From the IMG/VR virus record IMGVR_UViG_2737471824_000003: a DNA stretch of 20,534 nucleotides; one strand, given 5' to 3'. The position numbers and the translations under genes are program-made. The DNA is from a virus. Taxonomy: Duplodnaviria; Heunggongvirae; Uroviricota; Caudoviricetes. Shown here piece after piece: positions 15,890 through 20,534 of the stretch; the first letter of the stretch is position 1; every line of letters starts with the position of its first letter. The notes under the pieces were generated by a model, which saw only the letters and a list, made by a program, of their open reading frames with translations, was not told where the DNA came from and ran no database searches.

Positions 15890-16966
15890 TTACCCCCTGA
15901 AGCCCGGTGGAATTTCGGTATCCGGTTCAGAAATATGATTCACACAACGCTGGTTGTTCGTGCCGCTTACCGGGAGCAGCCAGGGGTTTTCAAAATTCCG
16001 GTCCGGTCCAAAAAACGTCGTCGCTCGCTGAACAAATTCCGTTCCCGTTTTCCCGGTAGCCGCAAGGTATCTTGCGTAACGCCTCACGCCATCCAGCATG
16101 GCCTCTGGTGGCACCCCCTCGCGTAATCTGGCTTTCCAGGCACTGAAAGCGGATTTCTTCGGGTTTGCCCCGGCACGCAACGGGTATTCCCGCCAGACCT
16201 GTTCGAACACATCAGGATAATCCACTCGTCCCATAGGCTGCCCGGTGTTTTCCGGGACTACCCGATCGGCTTCCCGCTGAATGGCGGAATCGGCTTCAGG
16301 CTGCTGAAGTTGGTGTGATTGCTCCTGCCTTGCGGTCATCACCTGCTGCACAGCGCCCGAATCGGCTTTCAGCGCATACGCTGAATCGGCTTCCGGTGTC
16401 GTGCCTGCGGGCTGGCCAGGAGTGACGGTCTGAACATCCCCTGCCTGGTTCGTGGCGTTTTTTACGCCATGGACCATAGTGTTTTGATCTTCTTGATCTG
16501 TATCTTTATCTGTATCTTTATCTGTCGTGACTCGTCGTGACATGTGCGTGACATTTCGTGACTCGCCGTGACAATCTCCATTTTGTTCCCGCTTTCTTTC
16601 CCTCTCTCGCTGCGCCCTCTTGCGCTCTGCCGGAGATTTTGCGGTTTGCGAAATATTGCCGTTGTCCTCTTTCAGCACCTGGCGTTTTTCCCATCCAGTG
16701 ATTAAATCACCATCAAGTATCCGCCCCTGCATCGTCTGCAAAATTGAATCAATTACCTCTTCTGTCACGTCGAGCGCACTTGCCAAATCTTCTGTCGTGA
16801 CATCAATGTGACCTCGCGTGACATTTCGTGACGCGCTCACCAGGAGGTGGATATACACTGCCATCACTGTTGCAATTGACTGCCCTGACACCCTGGCAAT
16901 TGTTCGCCACTTAGGGTCATTTGGCATGTCATGCCATAATCTGAGCCAGGCGTTAGCCATACTCAC
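15890..16966 (-). CDS. replication initiation protein (lambda O / YdaU-like replisome organiser), 358 aa, with the origin iterons inside the gene
   Basis: Position immediately downstream of the cro/cII-like genes. Helical-phase CGTGAC iterons plus an AT-rich tract lie inside the coding sequence, as in lambda O/ori. Conserved C-terminal block (FEQVWREYP..KKSAFSAWKARL). Start may be ATG 16960 rather than GTG 16966. Confidence 0.65.
   Translation of the reverse strand: MSMANAWLRLWHDMPNDPKWRTIARVSGQSIATVMAVYIHLLVSASRNVTRGHIDVTTEDLASALDVTEEVIDSILQTMQGRILDGDLITGWEKRQVLKEDNGNISQTAKSPAERKRAQRERERKREQNGDCHGESRNVTHMSRRVTTDKDTDKDTDQEDQNTMVHGVKNATNQAGDVQTVTPGQPAGTTPEADSAYALKADSGAVQQVMTARQEQSHQLQQPEADSAIQREADRVVPENTGQPMGRVDYPDVFEQVWREYPLRAGANPKKSAFSAWKARLREGVPPEAMLDGVRRYARYLAATGKTGTEFVQRATTFFGPDRNFENPWLLPVSGTNNQRCVNHISEPDTEIPPGFRG
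16525..16572. repeat. iteron cluster 1: five (T/G/C)CGTGAC repeats at 10-11 bp phasing, adjacent to an AT-rich tandem repeat (16486-16524)
   Basis: CGTGAC at 16526, 16536, 16547, 16557 and 16567. Flanked at lower coordinates by gatcttcttgatctgtatctttatctgtatctttatctg (GATC sites, tandem tctgtatcttta). Confidence 0.6.
16795..16832. repeat. iteron cluster 2: four (C/T)GTGAC repeats at ~10 bp phasing within the initiator N-terminal coding region
   Basis: tcgtgac 16795, tgtgac 16807, gcgtgac 16816, tcgtgac 16826; an inverted gtcacg copy at 16764. Confidence 0.5.
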
Positions 16967-17031
16967 CTCTTCTGATACCGAATCTTTTTACTCACGAGTT
17001 GCCGGAAGTGATTCGATATGGCTATTATCAC

Positions 17032-17457
17032 TCAATGCACTGCCACAGCATTTCCTGCCGGGCCACCACGGTTCATCTGATTGAAACCGGCGATTGCCAC
17101 TGCGACAAAATCATCAGCGTCTCTCACCAGTCGCTCCCGCGTCTCCACCAGCTCCCGAAAATAAGCTGAACTGTGGCTGCGCATTCTGGCCACCAGCAAA
17201 GGTGGCATTGCCTTTTCGATCGCTGGTAACAACGCCTGAATTTTTTCAACTGCATCAGGGGTATCTTTCTCTACCCAGCGGAAAATTTTCTGGGTATTGC
17301 GAGCCAGGGCTTCCGGATGGCTGTCGTCATACAGTTCTGGGAACGTCATACCCAGTTCAAAATAAGCCTGGGTTATTTCAGCTGCCGGAACTTTTTCACC
17401 GTCCGGATGCGCCCAGGCATTCATCGCCATGCGGATGTGTTCATGCTTGATTTTCAT
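17032..17457 (-). CDS. ydaT: YdaT-like protein (CII functional analogue of Rac/CP-933P-type immunity regions), 141 aa
   Basis: N-terminus MKIKHEHI.. and position directly after the cro-like gene match YdaT as recalled. Its start overlaps the 3' end of the ydaS-like ORF. Confidence 0.65.
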   Translation of the reverse strand: MKIKHEHIRMAMNAWAHPDGEKVPAAEITQAYFELGMTFPELYDDSHPEALARNTQKIFRWVEKDTPDAVEKIQALLPAIEKAMPPLLVARMRSHSSAYFRELVETRERLVRDADDFVAVAIAGFNQMNRGGPAGNAVAVH

Positions 17458-17722
17458 GAATCAAGCTCCTAGAAAGTGGTTGTGTTAACGTTTTGGTATC
17501 TTCCAGCTCGGGCCAAATATTCATCCAATCAAAAGGCCTTAGTTGCTGACGTGTAACTTCACCATTACTGGCTCGCTCAATAAGGACACATAACGATGCC
17601 CCTAACACTTGACCTTTACTCAATGCCTTTCTTAGATAACCGATGCTGGTACCACACTCGCATGCAAACATACGCTGTTCATCTGACGAAAGAGAATTGA
17701 GAAATATTCTTAATTCTTCCAT
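17441..17722 (-). CDS. ydaS: Cro-like HTH regulator (YdaS/DUF1019-like), 93 aa
   Basis: HTH region ..CECGTSIGYLRKALSKGQ.. and the ..GEVTRQQLRPFDW.. tail match the YdaS pattern. Divergent from the repressor gene across an operator-rich intergenic region. Confidence 0.7.
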   Translation of the reverse strand: MEELRIFLNSLSSDEQRMFACECGTSIGYLRKALSKGQVLGASLCVLIERASNGEVTRQQLRPFDWMNIWPELEDTKTLTQPLSRSLIHENQA

Positions 17723-17751
17723 AGCTACTCCTTAGTAAACACAGCAAAGAA

Positions 17752-17787
17752 TACCCACAGGTAAACAAAAGTCAATACCCACAGGTT
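17752..17787. promoter_or_regulatory. OR-like operator region: two TACCCACAGGT(A/T) dyads plus a ggtaaacaa/ttgtttacc inverted repeat between the cro-like and repressor genes
   Basis: TACC-N4-GGTA half-site symmetry at 17752-17763 and 17776-17787. The same dyad family recurs downstream of the repressor gene. Confidence 0.55.
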
Positions 17788-17822
17788 GTTTACCTTGCGG
17801 TAATCGCATCTATTATTTACCT

Positions 17823-18242
17823 ATGGACAAATATGAATTTAGACGACAGCAACTCATCAAAATTCGTGATGAGAAATGCGATGGTAAAGCGGTTAACGTG
17901 GCCAGAAAGATCGGGCGCGAGCCTTCTTATGTATCAAGAATGTTGTACCCAGAGGGGAAAAAGGGAAAAAAACGGATCGCTGATGATATGGTGGAGATTA
18001 TCGAAGAGTCCTTTGGGTTACCCCGGGGATGGATGGATGGTATCGTTTCATCATCAACGAACACAGCCTCCAGTTATGAAACAAGGGTTCTAACGCCACG
18101 ACAACGTATTTTTTTAGATCTCTTAGACGAACTGCCAGAAAGTGAAGCGGATAAATTATTAAAAACTCTTGAAGAGAAAAAACAGTATTACAATATGATC
18201 TACGAAGAAATCCGTAAAAAGAAAGCACAAAACGCATCATAG
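17823..18242 (+). CDS. prophage repressor (CI-like, HTH_XRE-type), 139 aa
   Basis: HTH ..KAVNVARKIGREPSYVSRMLY.. near the N-terminus. Divergently transcribed from the cro-like gene and flanked on both sides by related palindromic operators. Confidence 0.7.
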   Translation: MDKYEFRRQQLIKIRDEKCDGKAVNVARKIGREPSYVSRMLYPEGKKGKKRIADDMVEIIEESFGLPRGWMDGIVSSSTNTASSYETRVLTPRQRIFLDLLDELPESEADKLLKTLEEKKQYYNMIYEEIRKKKAQNAS

Positions 18243-18281
18243 CTCACCAAACAACTAGTCACCAGTTAAGACACCGCGAAA

Positions 18282-18321
18282 ATTTACCCATGGGTATTTA
18301 CTTTTTAAATACCTATGGGTA
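18282..18321 (+). promoter_or_regulatory. OL/pL-like promoter-operator for the rightward dicB operon
   Basis: Perfect palindrome TACCCATGGGTA (18285-18296) and TACCTATGGGTA (18310-18321) bracket a candidate promoter (-35 TTTACC, -10 TTAAAT/TAAATA). Confidence 0.5.
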
Positions 18322-18507
18322 TCCTTCTTTTCATGCCAACCCACCCCGCCCCACAGAATGCAGGGCAATACTTCGAGTTACCAGGCAGTGGTCAGGGGTT
18401 AAGTAGCCAGCCCGAGGCGTAAGAACATGACGGCAGGGTTCAACTTTAATAACTATGCAGCAGGTTTTTGTTCCGCTACCCCGGCGTTAAGGGGAAATGA
18501 GGTCAGC

Positions 18508-18663
18508 ATGGATACTATCGATCTTGGCAACAACGAATCTCTGGTGTACGGCGTGTTTCCAAACCAGGACGGCACCTTCACCGCAATGACGTATACAAAA
18601 AGCAAAACGTTTAAAACCGAAAATGGTGCCCGTCGCTGGCTGGAAAGAAACTCAGGTGAGTGA
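18508..18663 (+). CDS. ydfA: DUF1391 small protein (YdfA/YdaF-like), 51 aa
   Basis: MDTIDLGNNESLVYGVFPNQDGTFTAMTYTKSKTFKTENGARRWLERNSGE, with GAGGT 6 nt upstream. First gene of the dicB-type operon. The track ORF starts upstream at 18427. Confidence 0.7.
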   Translation: MDTIDLGNNESLVYGVFPNQDGTFTAMTYTKSKTFKTENGARRWLERNSGE

Positions 18664-18664
18664 T

Positions 18665-18793
18665 ATGGATTTTGACACAATCATGGAAAAGGCTTACGAA
18701 GAATACTTCGAAGGCCTTGCCGAAGGCGAAGAAGCTCACAGCTTCAACGAATTTAAACAGGCGCTTTCCAGTTCGGCAAAATCTAACGGCTGA
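18665..18793 (+). CDS. ydfB: YdfB-like small protein, 42 aa
   Basis: MDFDTIMEKAYEEYFEGLAEGEEAHSFNEFKQALSSSAKSNG; start 2 nt after the ydfA-like stop (coupled). Below the track cutoff. Confidence 0.55.
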   Translation: MDFDTIMEKAYEEYFEGLAEGEEAHSFNEFKQALSSSAKSNG

Positions 18794-18822
18794 TAAGCGA
18801 AACAGCACCGCGAGGAATCAGT

Positions 18823-19041
18823 ATGCAGAAACGAGAACCCGTCATCATCGCGCCAGACTATACCGATGATGAACTTTATGAGTGGATGCACCAGAAAATT
18901 AATGCAGCGCAGGATCTGAAATGGGCCAATGAAGCCAGGGCTAAGCAGGCTGAAAATCTGTCCGCTCTGGAGCAGGATATCACCAATCTGGAAAAAGCAG
19001 CGGCATTAAGCATTGCCAGAATGATTACATACCCGCGTTAA
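18823..19041 (+). CDS. ydfC: YdfC-like protein, 72 aa
   Basis: ATG with GAGGAA upstream. Its position and size match ydfC of Qin. Confidence 0.55.
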   Translation: MQKREPVIIAPDYTDDELYEWMHQKINAAQDLKWANEARAKQAENLSALEQDITNLEKAAALSIARMITYPR

Positions 19042-19382
19042 TAGCTAACCAACGAAGCTAAGGTTGGTAATTAAGGAGTTCTCCACGGGTGAGGTGGAGT
19101 GCGTGCGCCGGACACGGGTGAGCATCCGGCACTGACAGTTTACTGAAAGGATATTTCCCTGAAAAGTCAGACCATAACGCGAAAGCGCACGGCGAGGTAG
19201 CTGGTTCATAGATAGCCTGTCGTTAAATTTTCGTCGACCGTGCGCTTCCGGTTGTGGCACTCCGCGAAATGGCGCGGCGGTAAGTATGGCGGGGTTATTC
19301 CTTCCCCCGTTGAGGACACCGGGTTGTCAGGTTGACCATACGCTTAAGTGACAACCCCGCTGCAACGCCCTCTGTTATCAAT

Positions 19383-19435
19383 TTTCTGGTGACGTTTGGC
19401 GGTATCAGTTTTACTCCGTGACTGCTCTGCCGCCC
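19383..19435 (+). ncRNA. dicF: DicF small RNA (antisense regulator of ftsZ and other targets), 53 nt
   Basis: Sequence TTTCTGGTGACGTTTGGCGGTATCAGTTTTACTCCGTGACTGCTCTGCCGCCC followed by a T-tract. Matches K-12 DicF as recalled; located between ydfC and dicB. Confidence 0.8.
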
Positions 19436-19609
19436 TTTTTAAAGTGAATTTTGTGATGCGGTGAATGCGGCTGAGCGCACGCGGAACAGTTAAAACCAAA
19501 AACAGTGTTATGGGTGGATTCTCTGTATCCGGCGTTAATTGTTAACTGGTTAACGTCACCTGGAGGCACCAGGCACCGCATCACAAAATTCATTGTTGAG
19601 GACGCGATA

Positions 19610-19798
19610 ATGGAAACGTTATTACCAAACGTTAATACGTCTGAAGGTTGTTTTGAAATTGGTGTCACTATCAGTAACCCTGTATTTACTGAAGATGCCA
19701 TTAACAAGAGAAAACACGAACGGGAGCTATTAAATAAAATATGCATTCTTTCAATGTTGGCCCGTTTACGTCCGATACAAAAAGGATGCTGGCAATGA
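19610..19798 (+). CDS. dicB: cell-division inhibitor DicB (62 aa)
   Basis: METLLPNVNTSEGCFEIGVTISNPVFTEDAINKRK.ERELLNKICI.SMLARLR...KGC.Q matches DicB, with GAGGA upstream. The track ORF (19505) is over-extended. Confidence 0.85.
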   Translation: METLLPNVNTSEGCFEIGVTISNPVFTEDAINKRKHERELLNKICILSMLARLRPIQKGCWQ

Positions 19799-19986
19799 AT
19801 ACAGCATTTGCACTTGTTCTGACAGTTTTTCTTGTTTCCGGAGAGCCAGTTGATATTGCAGTCAGTGTTCACAGGACAATGCAGGAGTGTGTGACTGCAG
19901 CAACCGAACAGAAAATTCCCGGTAACTGTTACCCGGTCGATAAAGTTATTCACCAGGATAATAACGAAATCCCGGCAGGTCTTTAA
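19795..19986 (+). CDS. ydfD: YdfD lysis-associated small membrane protein (63 aa)
   Basis: MNTAFALVLTVFLVSGEPVDIAVSVHRTMQEC.TAATEQKIPGNCYPVDKVIHQDN.EIPAGL. The start overlaps the dicB stop (ATGA). Confidence 0.8.
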   Translation: MNTAFALVLTVFLVSGEPVDIAVSVHRTMQECVTAATEQKIPGNCYPVDKVIHQDNNEIPAGL

Positions 19987-20078
19987 AACAGTTCCGTAAT
20001 AAACATCCGATTTCATTCTTATATGCCAGCAATGGCAGGGATTTGTTCACCCTTAAATCTGTAATGAGGTAAAACAAA

Positions 20079-20534
20079 ATGAGTAAAGTCTTTATTTGCG
20101 CCGCCATTCTGGACGAACAGGCAATACAGGAAGAAGGTGCCGTCGCTGTAGCTACTGCCATTGAAGCCGGTGATGAACGTCGCGCCCGCGCAAAATTTCA
20201 CTGGCAATTCCTGGAACATTATCCGGCTGCTCAGGACTGCGCTTATAAATTTCTTGTTTGCGAGGATAAACCCGGTATACCCCGCCCTGCCCTCGATTCC
20301 TGGGATGCTGAATATATGCAGGAAAACCGCTGGGATGAGGAGTCTGCTTCTTTTGTCCCGGTTGAGACTGAATCCGATCCGATGAACGTCACTTTTGACA
20401 AGCTGGCCCCTGAAGTACAGAACGCTGTCATGGTTAAGTTCGACACATGTGAAAACATCACCGTTGATATGGTTATTAGCGCACAGGAATTGTTGCAGGA
20501 AGACATGGCAACATTCAACGGACATATCGTTGAA
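20079..20534 (+). CDS. ydfE: YdfE-like protein, 5' part only (runs off the window end)
   Basis: ATG 20079 with an upstream TGAGGT. Reading frame MSKVFICAAILDEQAIQEEGAVAVATAIEAGDERRARAKFHWQFLEHYPAAQDCAYKF... is open to the last base; follows ydfD as in Qin. Confidence 0.65.
   Translation, partial: MSKVFICAAILDEQAIQEEGAVAVATAIEAGDERRARAKFHWQFLEHYPAAQDCAYKFLVCEDKPGIPRPALDSWDAEYMQENRWDEESASFVPVETESDPMNVTFDKLAPEVQNAVMVKFDTCENITVDMVISAQELLQEDMATFNGHIVE

Noticed and set aside
15677-16126. Plus-strand ORF of 149 aa, and 16620-17084 ORFs
   Set aside because: Antisense to the replication-module genes; no RBS; Ser/Arg-rich composition.
19411-20525. Minus-strand ORFs 19411-20016 (201 aa) and 20019-20525 (168 aa)
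   Set aside because: Antisense to the well-supported dicF, dicB, ydfD and ydfE; Cys-rich, odd composition and no RBS.
1-20534. CRISPR arrays, integrase/attachment site, IS elements
   Set aside because: No regularly spaced direct repeats with unique spacers, no tyrosine or serine recombinase ORF, and no terminal inverted repeats with a transposase were seen in this window.

Overview
This window reads as a defective (cryptic) lambdoid prophage of an Escherichia/Shigella-type genome, organised like the E. coli K-12 Qin prophage but with a Rac/CP-933P-type immunity region. All protein calls are made by eye from the translations; no database search was run. From right to left on the minus strand it contains: a CI-like repressor divergent from YdaS (Cro-like) and YdaT (CII-like); an O-like replication initiator with iterons inside its coding sequence; a nin-like block of small genes including a Hok-family type I toxin, a DUF968 protein and RusA; a Q-family antiterminator with a candidate pR'/tR' unit; two phage tRNAs (Ile2-CAU and Arg-UCU); an AT-rich cargo island; a lysis cassette (pinholin, YdfR-like protein, SAR endolysin, Rz/Rz1) with convergent bor; an HNH endonuclease; and a truncated P27-family small terminase abutting stf-tfa, with no large terminase, portal, head or tail genes. 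The left end carries an AT-rich SAM-dependent methyltransferase between a duplicated tfa 3' segment. The right end, on the plus strand, carries the dicB operon (ydfA-ydfB-ydfC-dicF-dicB-ydfD-ydfE, truncated at the window edge). The best candidates for undescribed biology are the AT-rich island in the stx-equivalent slot (8.9-10.3 kb), the methyltransferase moron, and a small-gene cluster beside hok that contains a dnaX-type A_AAA_AAG slippery heptamer.
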